A stretch of DNA of 64,000 nucleotides from Planctomycetota bacterium (GCA_038227875.1 JBBRPR010000017.1:89191-153190), one strand, 5' to 3'. Positions 22,376 through 32,259 are shown, numbered from the stretch's first letter. The notes: generated by a model from the letters alone, not told the origin. A program made the numbers and translations.

Positions 22376-22518
22376 TTGGTGCCACGGATGCGCGAATTCC
22401 TGAGCGTAGCGAAGGAAGTCGTTCATCCGTGCGTTGCGCGTTCCAATTGCAGCGCGCCTCGCACGGACGAACGGATGTTTGAGCTGACGCTCAAACATCC
22501 GCGCATCCGTGGCACCAA
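22376..22518 (+). repeat. Long-hairpin element, family B copy 2
   Basis: Same 19-bp TIR TTGGTGCCACGGATGCGCG...CGCGCATCCGTGGCACCAA and the same internal stems. Confidence 0.85.
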
Positions 22519-22524
22519 GGTCAG

Positions 22525-25164
22525 TTATTCACGTTCCCATGGGCGGGTCGAACGTTCGCCCGACGGGGCGCTGGAGCTGCGTTCTCGGCTGGGGGCGCGG
22601 TCGCTGCTCGGGCGCGACGGACGGTCGCCGCGAGGAGCTCGCTTTTCCCACGGCTTGCTGCCGCCACCACTGCCGCCGCTGGGTGCGCCGCGGTAACCAC
22701 CCCGATCACCTCCACGATCCGCACGCGGGCCGCTGCTGGTGCGGTCGCGCCGGTCTTCCCACGGACGCGAATTGCCGCGTTCGCCACCACGGCTTTCGCG
22801 CGGACGGTCGTCCCCGCTGCCTTCGCGTTTCTGGTACGGCTTGCGGTCTCCACCCCCCGCGTAACCGCCGCTGCCTTCACGTTTCTGCCACGGCTTGCGA
22901 TCTCCGCCGCCGGCATAGCTGCTGCTGCCGCCTTCGCGCTTCTGCCACGGCTTGCGATCTCCGCCGCCGGCGTAGCTGCTGCCGCCGCCTTCACGCTTCT
23001 GGTACGGCTTGCGATCTCCGCCGCCGGCGTAGCTGCTGCTGCCGCCTTCGCGTTTCTGGTACGGCTTGCGATCTCCGCCGCCAGCGTAGCTGCTGCTGCC
23101 GCCTTCACGCTTTTGCCACGGCTTGCGATCTCCGCCGCCCGCGTAGCTGCTGCTGCCGCCTTCACGCTTCTGCCACGGCTTGCGATCTCCGCCGCCGGAG
23201 TAGCTGCTGCCGCCTTCACGCTTCTGATACGGCTTGCGATCTCCGCCTCCGGCGTAGCTGCTGCCGCCGCCTTCGCGCTTCTGCCACGGCTTGCGATCTC
23301 CGCCGCCCGCGTAGCTGCTGCTGCCGTCTTCGCGCTTCTGCCACGGCTTGCGATCTCCGCCGCCGGAGTAGCTGCTGCCGCCTTCACGCTTCTGATACGG
23401 CTTGCGATCTCCGCCACCGGCGTAGCTGCTGCCGCCGCCCTCACGCTTCTGCCACGGCTTGCGGTCTCCACCACCGGATCCTGAGTACGGCCGGCTGCCG
23501 CCTTCGCGTTTCTGATACGGCTTGCGATCGCCGCCGCTGCTGCGTCCACCGCGGTCGTCGCGCTTCTGCCAGGGCTTGCTTTCCCGGCTGGCTGAGCGGG
23601 AGCGTTCGGTGCCGGTCTCGTCCAACGGTTGCGCGGCGTTCGGGCCGCGGTCGCGGACGTGGTGATCGGTCACGCGGCGCGGACGCACGGCCGCGGGCTT
23701 CTTCTTCTCTTCACCTTCCTTGGCTTCTTCAACATCTTCCTCTTCGCCGTCGCCTTCTTCGTCCTCGTCGCTCAACGACGTCTCTTCAGCGGATTCTTCT
23801 TCGCCTTCCTCTTCTTCCTCTTCTTCCTCATCGTCGTCGAGGTCTTCGTCGTCCTCGTCTTCCTCATCTTCGTCGTCGTCGGCATCCAACTCGGCGTCGA
23901 GGGCTTCGAGTTCCTTCTCGTCGATCTCTTCTTCGGCGTCGGCGCCACGGTCGCGGGTTTCAGCGGCTTTCACGGCCGGCGCGAGCACGATGGCTTCTTC
24001 ATCGAGTTCCTCGACGTCTTCCGACATGTCCAGCTTGGCTGATTCGGCCAGTTCGTCGATTTCCTTGGCGTGTTCGGCCGGCATGGTCTGCGTCTGGGCG
24101 GCGGCGACGTGCGAGACATCCTTTTCGTCGTCGTCATCATCGTCGTCGGAGTGCTTCGGACCGGCGAACTTCACGGCCGCGGTATCCCAATCGTCTTCGA
24201 CGATCGAGCGCGGGCTCTTTTCCTTCTCTTCGCGTTCCTTGCGGTCCTTGCGCTTTTCCTTCTTCGCCGGTCGTTCGGAGGTGCCCGACTGCCCGGTGCT
24301 CACGGGACGTGCCGGCTTGGGCGCGGGCTTCTGCCAGCGGTCTTCGCCTTCTTCCTGAGCGTCTTCGTATTCGGCGACTTCCTGCGGGCGGCCTTCGGAG
24401 GCGCGGCGCGCGACTTCGATCGCCGATTTCAGGCGGCGGATTTCATCGGGCGTCAGGCGGCGGGAAGCGCCGAGCGGCAGTTCTTCCAGGCGGATCGGTC
24501 CGATGGCGACGCGGCGCAACAGGCGGCAGCGCAGATCGACGCGGGCGAGCATGCGGCGGATCTGGCGGTTCATGCCTTCGGAGATCGTCATTTCAACGCT
24601 GCTGTGGTGATCGCCGGCGCGGCGGACGCGCACGCGGGCGCCCTGCGTGCGGCCTTCGGACAGGAACACGCCGGATTCAAGTTTCTGAACCTGGCCCTGC
24701 GCGACATGGCCATCGCACTTGGCGATGTAGGTCTTCTCCACGCCGTAGCGCGGATGGGTGAGCTGGTTGGTCAATTCGCCATCGTTGGTGAGAAGGATCA
24801 GGCCTTCAGTGTCGATGTCGAGGCGGCCGACGCAATAGATGCGGCGCTTTTCGGGCACGAGCTGGATGGCGAGCGGGCGGCCGGACGGGTCTTCGTTGGT
24901 GCAGAGGACGCCGCGGGGCTTGTTGAGAATGTAGTAGACCTTCTCTTCCGCATCGCGAACGGACTTCGAGAGCTTGCCGGGTCCGCACACGCGCTGGCCG
25001 TCGAATTCGACGCTCTGCGTTTCCGGATCGGCCTTGGAGCCCAACTGGCGGACGACGGCGCCGTCGACGGTGACGCGGCCATCGGTAATGAATTCCTCAC
25101 AGGACCGGCGGGAACCAAAGCCTGCCTGGGCCAGGAGTTTTTGTAAACGTACGGGTTCGGACAT
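22525..25164 (-). CDS. RsuA/RluB-family pseudouridine synthase with a very long disordered C-terminal tail
   Basis: S4 motif RLQKLLAQAGFGSRRSCEEFI, LNKPRG, VGRLDIDTEGLILLTNDG, HPRYGVEKTY, EGMNRQIRRM; most like RluB. Confidence 0.92.
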   Translation of the reverse strand: MSEPVRLQKLLAQAGFGSRRSCEEFITDGRVTVDGAVVRQLGSKADPETQSVEFDGQRVCGPGKLSKSVRDAEEKVYYILNKPRGVLCTNEDPSGRPLAIQLVPEKRRIYCVGRLDIDTEGLILLTNDGELTNQLTHPRYGVEKTYIAKCDGHVAQGQVQKLESGVFLSEGRTQGARVRVRRAGDHHSSVEMTISEGMNRQIRRMLARVDLRCRLLRRVAIGPIRLEELPLGASRRLTPDEIRRLKSAIEVARRASEGRPQEVAEYEDAQEEGEDRWQKPAPKPARPVSTGQSGTSERPAKKEKRKDRKEREEKEKSPRSIVEDDWDTAAVKFAGPKHSDDDDDDDEKDVSHVAAAQTQTMPAEHAKEIDELAESAKLDMSEDVEELDEEAIVLAPAVKAAETRDRGADAEEEIDEKELEALDAELDADDDEDEEDEDDEDLDDDEEEEEEEEGEEESAEETSLSDEDEEGDGEEEDVEEAKEGEEKKKPAAVRPRRVTDHHVRDRGPNAAQPLDETGTERSRSASRESKPWQKRDDRGGRSSGGDRKPYQKREGGSRPYSGSGGGDRKPWQKREGGGSSYAGGGDRKPYQKREGGSSYSGGGDRKPWQKREDGSSSYAGGGDRKPWQKREGGGSSYAGGGDRKPYQKREGGSSYSGGGDRKPWQKREGGSSSYAGGGDRKPWQKREGGSSSYAGGGDRKPYQKREGGSSSYAGGGDRKPYQKREGGGSSYAGGGDRKPWQKREGGSSSYAGGGDRKPWQKREGSGGYAGGGDRKPYQKREGSGDDRPRESRGGERGNSRPWEDRRDRTSSGPRADRGGDRGGYRGAPSGGSGGGSKPWEKRAPRGDRPSRPSSDRAPSRERSSSAPSGERSTRPWERE
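22820..23530 (-). repeat. Coding tandem repeat, 13 units of mostly 54-57 bp
   Basis: Encodes 13 x DRKP[WY]QKRE separated by G/S/Y/A linkers, in frame with the synthase. Confidence 0.92.
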
Positions 25165-25587
25165 GTTGACGTGCCTTTCTGAAGAATTTCCAGTTTCGGA
25201 AGCAAGCCGTAGAAAAGGGTCGCGGTCAGCGCGCAACAACACTTCACCGTGTGAAGGTTTGAGCGGGATCTCTGCGCTGGCGGTTTTTGTACGAACTCCT
25301 CGTAACGACACCCCATGCCTCACGGCATTGTTCAGGTTCGTTCGAAATCAGGAAATCATGAATGTAACCACTGAGTACTTCTGTCAGGCGCGGGCGTCCT
25401 CGCGACGACCGCTGAAAACCGGACTGAAAGATGATCTCATAAAAGGGAGGATTGTAAAGAGAAATGTTCTGAGAAATTCAGGGCGCAAACTTCGCGCGCA
25501 TCCTCAGTACGTATATTACACTTGAATACAATCTCTCTCTAAGTGATGCTTTTTCGACGCTCGCAGCAACGAATTTTGAAGATCAAC

Positions 25588-26844
25588 ATGGCCTATGACG
25601 TCACGTGGTATCCCTTTAAGGACAAGCCCGACGCCGATTCCTGCTGGGCGCTGCATACGGGCCCGGATGGGCGCGTCTATGTCGCGGCCTGCGCCGAGAG
25701 CGCGCCGGGAGGCGTGGTCGCGCTGACGCGCTACAAACGCGAAACGGATTCGGTGGAGTACCTTTTCGATCTCGACACCAAGGTCGACGACCCACGCGAC
25801 AACGGACGCGCGACGCAGTGCAAGATTCATTACAGCTTTGCGCCGTCGGCGTCGGACGGGATCATGTACATGGCGACGCATCTCTCCGGTCCTCCGATCG
25901 ATCTGCCGGCGTATTCGCCGTGGAATTTCTGGCACAACAAGGAGCGCTGCTTTCGCGGCGCGGCGCTGCTGGCGTTCGATACGAAAAACGACCAGGTGCT
26001 CTGGTCGGACACGTTGATCCCCAAAGAAGGCTGCCGCTGTCTGCTGTTGGATGAAGAACGAAGCCTGCTGTATGCGCTGAGTTACCCGCGCGATCATTTC
26101 ATCATCTACGATTTGAAAAAGCGCACGAGCCGCGATGTCGGACGCATCGGTTCGGTGAATTCGCAGGCGCTATTCTCGGACAAGAAACACCGCATCTGGA
26201 CGACCGACGACTACGGCCACTTGGTTCGCTACGATCCCGAACGCGGTCGGCTGGACCGTTCTCCGTTCGTGCTGCCGCATACCGGGCCGGTGCAGAATGG
26301 CTGGCACAGCGTGTTTTACGACGTCGTCGCGTCGCCGGAACGCGACTGTGTCTACGCGGTGACGTGGAATGGCGGCGCGCACTTGATGCGCATCTGGCCG
26401 AACGAAGGCGAGTGGGGGCGCGTCGAAGATCTGGGAACGGTGACGCCGCCGCATGATCTGACGGTGCCTGAGAATTTCTACGTCGACCACTGCGGCGGGC
26501 TGACCTTCGCCGCCGACGGGATGCTCTATTTTGCCGCGTCGCACTGGGAGGGCGAATTTCCATCCAACAGCGACGCGATCAACCACGTCGACGGTCCGGA
26601 CAGTCCGCGCCGCGTCGAAGGCGTCGTTTATCGGATGGACCCGCGCACGCTGAAGCGCGAGAAGATCGCGCAGTTGCGCCGGCCCGACGCGAGTTCTCAC
26701 TACGTTTCGCGCGGGGCGGTGGACAAGCACGGCGATCTGTTCTTCGGCCACGTCGGAAGGACGCCGGTCGGTTTCTTCAAAGTCGCGATGCCGGACGACC
26801 GGCGAAAAAAAGACGCGCACCTGCCGCTGCGAACCTGGGGTTAA
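25588..26844 (+). CDS. Hypothetical protein, probable beta-propeller
   Basis: Repeated blade-like motifs (GPDGRVYV, ASDGIMYM, AADGMLYF, DKHGDLFF); no evident signal peptide; native codon usage. Confidence 0.7.
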   Translation: MAYDVTWYPFKDKPDADSCWALHTGPDGRVYVAACAESAPGGVVALTRYKRETDSVEYLFDLDTKVDDPRDNGRATQCKIHYSFAPSASDGIMYMATHLSGPPIDLPAYSPWNFWHNKERCFRGAALLAFDTKNDQVLWSDTLIPKEGCRCLLLDEERSLLYALSYPRDHFIIYDLKKRTSRDVGRIGSVNSQALFSDKKHRIWTTDDYGHLVRYDPERGRLDRSPFVLPHTGPVQNGWHSVFYDVVASPERDCVYAVTWNGGAHLMRIWPNEGEWGRVEDLGTVTPPHDLTVPENFYVDHCGGLTFAADGMLYFAASHWEGEFPSNSDAINHVDGPDSPRRVEGVVYRMDPRTLKREKIAQLRRPDASSHYVSRGAVDKHGDLFFGHVGRTPVGFFKVAMPDDRRKKDAHLPLRTWG

Positions 26845-26847
26845 GGA

Positions 26848-27969
26848 ATGACTGCGATGCAAAAACGGAAGTTCTACGATCCCAACCAGCCCGGGGCCAA
26901 AGCGCTGCGCGATTCCATTGTCCACGGCGCGGCAATCACGGAAGGCACGATGGTCGCGTTTCCGACCTGCTTTCCCAACGTGACTGAAGCGGTGCGCGCG
27001 GACGAAAGTTTCATTCGCGCCATGGACATCACGGCCGACGGCATCGTCTACGCCGGGACCAGCGGCTACGCCTCACACATTCTCGTCGGCATGTTTCATG
27101 GCATCACCGGAATGGTCTTCGACCTGGGCGTCGCCGAAGGCGCGACGGAGTGCGCGGCCGTCTGCTGCGGCCAGCAGAGCATCGTGGCTGCGGTCAACGG
27201 TCCGTCGGGCGCGCGCTTGGTGCGCCGTCCGCTGCAGCCGCTGCCGTTCGACTTGATTCAGGAATGGCATATGTGGCGCGTGCCGTTCCAGTACACCGAC
27301 TTGGGCCTCAGCGCCGGACGCGTGCTCCATGCCGTGACGGATTTAGGACGCGCGACGGTGATCGGCGTGACCGAATCGTCGCTCTTCACCTTCGAGATTG
27401 AAACGGGGACGTTGCGGACCGTGAGTGAAATTCCCTGCTCCGGACGGCTTGCGCGCGGCTCCGGCGGGAACATTTTCGGACGCGATGGCGCGGAGCACCT
27501 CTGGAAATTCGATCCGCGTTCGCAGCAGCTCACGCGAAAGGCAGTGCCGCTGCCCAAGGGAGAGTGGAGTTCCGCGCCGCTGCTATGGGCGCGCGACGAA
27601 GCGGACGGGCAGGGCGCGCTATATCTCGCCGATGCGCGCGGAACGCTCTTTCGCTTTCACGAAAAAACAGGCTTCGGCAGTGCGCTGGCGACCATTCCAC
27701 TGTCACCTATCGGCGCGATGGCCGTGACGTTTGACGGCCGCATTTTCGCGAGCGCCGGCGACGGCATCGCGCGCATGTTCTGCGTGCAACCCAGCACTGG
27801 CAAGATTTCGGATCTCGGCGTCGCCGTCTCCGTGATCGAGCGCCGGCGCTACGGCTACTGCTTCGGCGACGCCGTGGTGGGCCGCGATGGCGAGATCATT
27901 TTTGGCGAGAACGATGACCTCGGGCATCTATGGCTGTATTTTCCCAAGATCATCCGGCCAGCGGTGTGA
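26848..27969 (+). CDS. Hypothetical protein, probable beta-propeller
   Basis: TADGIVYAGT, TFDGRIFA, GRDGEIIFG; starts 3 bp after the previous gene. Confidence 0.7.
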   Translation: MTAMQKRKFYDPNQPGAKALRDSIVHGAAITEGTMVAFPTCFPNVTEAVRADESFIRAMDITADGIVYAGTSGYASHILVGMFHGITGMVFDLGVAEGATECAAVCCGQQSIVAAVNGPSGARLVRRPLQPLPFDLIQEWHMWRVPFQYTDLGLSAGRVLHAVTDLGRATVIGVTESSLFTFEIETGTLRTVSEIPCSGRLARGSGGNIFGRDGAEHLWKFDPRSQQLTRKAVPLPKGEWSSAPLLWARDEADGQGALYLADARGTLFRFHEKTGFGSALATIPLSPIGAMAVTFDGRIFASAGDGIARMFCVQPSTGKISDLGVAVSVIERRRYGYCFGDAVVGRDGEIIFGENDDLGHLWLYFPKIIRPAV

Positions 27970-28714
27970 TGTACTCGCAAATCACTGGAATCAATGCGTC
28001 GGCGGTTGCAGGCGTGTACCGCGGCGATTGCGTCAGGTAGACGTAATCGAATGGACGCGGGGCTTGGAAATTTTCCCAAGCGACGATGGTTAGCGGGACT
28101 TCGGGTTCGAGGCCGAGAATCTCGCGGGGATCAAGATTGGCGTCGTGTGTTGCTTGCATGCCTGGGCGGAGTTTTTTGAGCTGCAGCGCCTGGGTGCCGG
28201 GATTAAAATTCTTCAGCGCCAGGCGCGGAACGTCGCCGAGATCGAGATGGAAGAGGCGTTCGCGGTGATGGACGTAGCTCAGCGCGCCGAGCCAGCGGCA
28301 AGCGACGGCGATGGCAAGGAAATTGCCTTCGTGGAGCCCTTCGCGCCCGTCGAGCAAATTGGGGCGGTCCGGAACGGCTTGGTGGAGCAACTCACCGCCG
28401 ATGAACGGCCAGCTCGCGTCATCCTCCCCGAGATCGGCATGCGCGTCGACGTGTACGACATCGAACGGCGCGGCGAGCGAACCGGTTGCAATTTGCGTGC
28501 GCCAGAGTTTAAAGACCTCGTGATGTGCTTCGACAAACGCGCCGGGCACCGGGCGCTGGCGATTCAGTCCGCAGCGCGTTTCCAGAAACTCACGCACGGC
28601 ATCTGCGGACCACGGTTCCAGCGCATCAGTCTGTCGCTGTCCCCTCGACGCACGGCGGGTAGCGACGCCGTTGAGGAAGAAGTCGAGATCGAGGTCGAGG
28701 ATGATGGTGTTCAT
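27950..28714 (-). CDS. UPF0489 family protein (arginase/deacetylase-like fold)
   Basis: LDLDLDFF, HHEVF..W, VHVDAHADLG, EGNFL, SPRYTP. Confidence 0.75.
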   Translation of the reverse strand: MNTIILDLDLDFFLNGVATRRASRGQRQTDALEPWSADAVREFLETRCGLNRQRPVPGAFVEAHHEVFKLWRTQIATGSLAAPFDVVHVDAHADLGEDDASWPFIGGELLHQAVPDRPNLLDGREGLHEGNFLAIAVACRWLGALSYVHHRERLFHLDLGDVPRLALKNFNPGTQALQLKKLRPGMQATHDANLDPREILGLEPEVPLTIVAWENFQAPRPFDYVYLTQSPRYTPATADALIPVICEYITPLAG

Positions 28715-28743
28715 CGCGCGTATCTTAATGGACGACGACTGAA

Positions 28744-28897
28744 TATCTCACGCAAAGCCGCTAAGTCGCAAAGAACAACGAACGGCGGGAATGGGGATTC
28801 GGGAATCGGGAATCGTCGCGCATCTGTCTTGGCGAATCCCGAATCCCGCCGCTGCTGTTCTTTGCGGCTTTGCGGCTTCGCGGCTTTGCGTGAGATA
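28744..28897. repeat. Nested palindromic element with perfect 18-bp terminal inverted repeat
   Basis: TATCTCACGCAAAGCCGC ... GCGGCTTTGCGTGAGATA; 8-mer GCGGCTTT units outside, GGGAATC heptamers inside. Confidence 0.8.
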
Positions 28898-28906
28898 AGA
28901 AGCGAC

Positions 28907-30442
28907 TCAATGTGCGAAGAGATTGAACAACCAGAAAAGCCCGCCCGCCACGATCGCGCCGGTGAGCGTGCAGGCGAAATTTACCACGCCTTTTCCGAGG
29001 CCGGGATAGCGGTCCTCCACCGTTGCCCCGAGGAGGCTGTCGACAACTGTTCCGAGCAGGCCGGCGACGACGAGGATGAGACTTAAGACGCCGCGGTAGT
29101 GCCAAGGCGTGGGCGAGTTGGATAAGAGGTGCTGGTAGAAGTCGGTGTACGCCGCGAGCGTGGCGAGGATCACGCAAGCGCCAGTGGCGGCGACGAAGCC
29201 GAGGAGACTGACCGCACCGTTGGTGCCGTGCGGGACGGGCTTGAAGGTGGTGATCAGGACCGGTTCGCGGCGCGCGAAGGTGCCGATTTCGGAGCTGGCG
29301 GTGTCGGCAAACGCGGCGCAGAGCGCACCAGCGAATGCCAGCAGCATCGCACCGTGGCCGCCGGACATGGGATAGGCCAGGCAGCACAATCCGGGCACGA
29401 GCAGATTGGCGGCGACGTTCGACGCGCCGCGTTTGCCCTCGTCGGCTTCGGCGACGCCGAGTTTTGCTTTGTACTTCAAGCCAATTTTGCTGAGCACGCT
29501 GCCGCCGAACGCGAACGTCAGGAACAGCAGATAGCCCTGCCACTGCGCGAAGAAGAAGACGATCACGCCGAGCACCGCGCCCAACACCGCGCCGGCAACG
29601 TTCGAGAACTTGAGGAGCAGCGCGGCCCCGCCGATTACGGCGTTGAGGGCCAGCGCCTTGAGCAGGTTTTCCGGTTGGACCGGCGTGTCCTTCGGCAACG
29701 GATGCGTCGCCCAGCTTAAGAAGAGCGCGGCGATCCAGAGCACGCCGCCGGTGACAATCGGCACGCGGACGTTGTCGTCGAGTTTCGCGGGCAGACTTTC
29801 GACGATCGCGCCGGTGACCGCCGCGAGCACGGCGAGGGTCCAGACGTAGGGTAATTCGGGCCAGCCATCGACTTTCAGAAACAGCTTACATGGCACGAGG
29901 TAGAGCGCGGCGTAGCACACAGGAATGGAGACGGCGATGAAGCCAAACAACCCCGCCCAGCTCTTTTGCGGATTCCACGGCAGCTTGGGAATTGGAACGT
30001 GGCGGCCGGCGAAACTGGCGGCGGCGTCGCCGGCGGCCATCGCCGCCCACGCGCCGACGACGGCGAACGGCGGGTAGATCAGGAAGCAGAGGCTTAACGT
30101 CAACGGGTAGAGCCACAGGCCGTTGATTTTACTTTCGTCCGGCCGCGCGAGACGCTTTCCGGTTTCCAAGTGCGGGAGGACGACGATGTTGAAGACGGCG
30201 ATGCAGAACAGGATCGCGGCCGAATACAGATGGCCGCGCCCGCCGAGTCGCGCGTCCTGCGCCAGAACGCCGAGCGGAAAGGCGAGCAGCACGAAGACCA
30301 GCACGTGAATTCCGTTGCGCAGCAGCGGCGAGTGCATCGAATCGGCTGTGGAAGAAGTCATGGGAGCGGGCGGCTGCTGCTGCGGCGGCGGCGAAGCCGG
30401 AGTTGCTTCGTCGCGCGCGCTGCGTCCCGGCTCGGAGGTCAT
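28907..30442 (-). CDS. Phytol/dolichol-kinase-like (SEC59/VTE5) domain fused to DUF92 (VTE6-like) domain
   Basis: GDAAASFAGR..LPWNPQKSWAG, VESL..LDDNVRVP; then GKRGASNVAAN, ADTASSEIG, LITTFKPVPHGTNGAVSLLG, DSLLGAT, VNFACT; ATGA overlap with the upstream gene. Confidence 0.85.
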   Translation of the reverse strand: MTSEPGRSARDEATPASPPPQQQPPAPMTSSTADSMHSPLLRNGIHVLVFVLLAFPLGVLAQDARLGGRGHLYSAAILFCIAVFNIVVLPHLETGKRLARPDESKINGLWLYPLTLSLCFLIYPPFAVVGAWAAMAAGDAAASFAGRHVPIPKLPWNPQKSWAGLFGFIAVSIPVCYAALYLVPCKLFLKVDGWPELPYVWTLAVLAAVTGAIVESLPAKLDDNVRVPIVTGGVLWIAALFLSWATHPLPKDTPVQPENLLKALALNAVIGGAALLLKFSNVAGAVLGAVLGVIVFFFAQWQGYLLFLTFAFGGSVLSKIGLKYKAKLGVAEADEGKRGASNVAANLLVPGLCCLAYPMSGGHGAMLLAFAGALCAAFADTASSEIGTFARREPVLITTFKPVPHGTNGAVSLLGFVAATGACVILATLAAYTDFYQHLLSNSPTPWHYRGVLSLILVVAGLLGTVVDSLLGATVEDRYPGLGKGVVNFACTLTGAIVAGGLFWLFNLFAH

Positions 30443-32259
30443 GGCGTGCGGCCGCCGACCCAGGAGATGCGCACGATTTCGTTGGCGTCGAACTGCAGTT
30501 CTTTGGCGATCTTCAAATCGAAGGGAACCAGGAACTGGCAGTCGGGCACCGGCCATTGCTTTTCAATATTTACGCGCTGAAAAACCACGATGGAGTAAAG
30601 CCCGCGATTGTATTCGGAGATGATCTCGCCGTAGTTGCGATTGGCGTATTTGAAATCAACGGAACCGTAGCCGAGCGCGACGAAGTCCACGGAGCGTTCG
30701 GAGATGACCAGGATGTGCTTGTCTTTGATCTTGCTGAGGAAATCGTATTCGGCTTCCGTCTCGCGGATCAGCGTGGCGGTGTTGGTGAAACGGTTTTCGA
30801 TCGAGATCGGGTGGTACATGATCGCGGAGAGCAGCGCGATGGCCAGCAGCACATTGCGGCTCAGAATGTTCGGATAGAAGAAATGAAAGGCGACGGGCAT
30901 CAGCGCGGCGAGGACCGTGAAGTACACGAAGAAACGCGCTGAAGCGGGATGGATGCCCGTGCCAAAATAATACGACATGTACAAGACGAGCAGCGCGCAG
31001 GTGGCGACCAGCGCGATCGCGAAAAAGGGACGCTGCCAGCTCGCCTTGATATTCTTGAAGACGCCGATGACCACGCCGACGAAGCTGACGATCGCCACGT
31101 AGTTCAACAGCGTCGCGTAGGGCACGGTATGGCCGAAGTCGATCAGCGTGCCCAGCATTTCCTTGGTGTGATCCCAGAAATGTCCGAAGCTGAAGTTGGG
31201 CGTGCCGGTGGTGTTTTCAAATTGTTCGCCGAGCAGCTGCCGCTGCAGAATCAGCGGCATGACCAGCCAGGGCGTCAGCGCGAAGTGGTACCAATACGGT
31301 TTGAAGTACTCCGCTTCGACAAAACCCAGCACGGCCAGCGCGAGGATGACAACGAAGAACACCAGCGCTGATTCGTAGCGCGTGTGCGCGAAGAGCACGG
31401 CGGTGATCCAGACCAGCGCGAATGTGTCGGCCGAGGGCTTGTGGAGGAACACCGCAGTGGTCACGAGCACGCCGCAGAGCACAAACGCCGCGAAGAGATC
31501 GAAGCCCGCAGACGTCGCGCACAGACAGACCAGCGGGTACGTGGCCACCAGCAGCATCGCGGAGAAGCCCACCATTCGCCCGATGAAGCGCTGCGCGATC
31601 ACGCCGATCATCGCCAGCAGCGCAAACAAGGCAAACGCGTTGGCCAGGAACGCGTTCGAGACGTCGTAGCCGCGGACGATATGAAGCAGGTGCACGAAGA
31701 ACGGAAAGAGGAACGGCCGCTTTTCGAGGTGTTGCTCGCTAACGATGGGCTGCAGGTTGCCGTAGTAGAATTTCGACATGACGTTGTTGAGTACGGTTTT
31801 TTCATAGAGCATGTTTTGAGAAACGGAGACGAGATTGGCCTCGTCGCTTAAGACACGGAAGCGCGGCGGCACGGTCCAGAAGCACATCACCGTGATCAGA
31901 AGCGCCGCGAGAAATTCCGGCCAATGGCGCGTGACGAAGGCTTTGAGCGAGAACTCCCGCGCGCGCATCACGACGATCAACTGCGTCAGCCAGAGCAGCA
32001 CCAGCACGATTAAGACGTAATACGTGCCGCGTTCGAAGAAGATGCTGCTGTAGACGCGCGGGTCGGGGAGCGCCACGCCGCCTTTTATCTGATCATCGTA
32101 GAGCTGCTGGGTGTTCACCGCATAGCCGAGAAATCCGACGGAGCCCACGACGGAGACCAGCGTAGCGATGACCGGCCATATCTTCTTCAAACCAGAATCC
32201 TCCCCTGACGCAGACGTTCGTCGGGGCAACATGCGGCCATGAGAATGAGCAATTTTCAC
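30439..32259 (-). CDS. Polytopic GT-C-type glycosyltransferase-like membrane protein
   Basis: About 12 hydrophobic segments; LSDE motif in the first loop; KRPFLFPF; TRYE. Confidence 0.6.
   Translation of the reverse strand: MKIAHSHGRMLPRRTSASGEDSGLKKIWPVIATLVSVVGSVGFLGYAVNTQQLYDDQIKGGVALPDPRVYSSIFFERGTYYVLIVLVLLWLTQLIVVMRAREFSLKAFVTRHWPEFLAALLITVMCFWTVPPRFRVLSDEANLVSVSQNMLYEKTVLNNVMSKFYYGNLQPIVSEQHLEKRPFLFPFFVHLLHIVRGYDVSNAFLANAFALFALLAMIGVIAQRFIGRMVGFSAMLLVATYPLVCLCATSAGFDLFAAFVLCGVLVTTAVFLHKPSADTFALVWITAVLFAHTRYESALVFFVVILALAVLGFVEAEYFKPYWYHFALTPWLVMPLILQRQLLGEQFENTTGTPNFSFGHFWDHTKEMLGTLIDFGHTVPYATLLNYVAIVSFVGVVIGVFKNIKASWQRPFFAIALVATCALLVLYMSYYFGTGIHPASARFFVYFTVLAALMPVAFHFFYPNILSRNVLLAIALLSAIMYHPISIENRFTNTATLIRETEAEYDFLSKIKDKHILVISERSVDFVALGYGSVDFKYANRNYGEIISEYNRGLYSIVVFQRVNIEKQWPVPDCQFLVPFDLKIAKELQFDANEIVRISWVGGRTP

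Noticed and set aside
22310..22498. N-terminal extension of MnmE in the ORF track
   Set aside because: It translates the family-B hairpin and heptamer repeats (HSTF/HSSLDIR); family similarity starts at ATG 22309
22820..23530. Regular 54-57-bp repeats resembling a CRISPR array
   Set aside because: The 'spacers' are near-identical, unit lengths are multiples of 3, the array is in frame in the pseudouridine synthase, and there are no cas genes
22509..24761. 750-aa Cys/Arg-rich plus-strand ORF and 342-aa Ala-rich minus-strand ORF
   Set aside because: Shadow frames of the repeat-containing synthase gene
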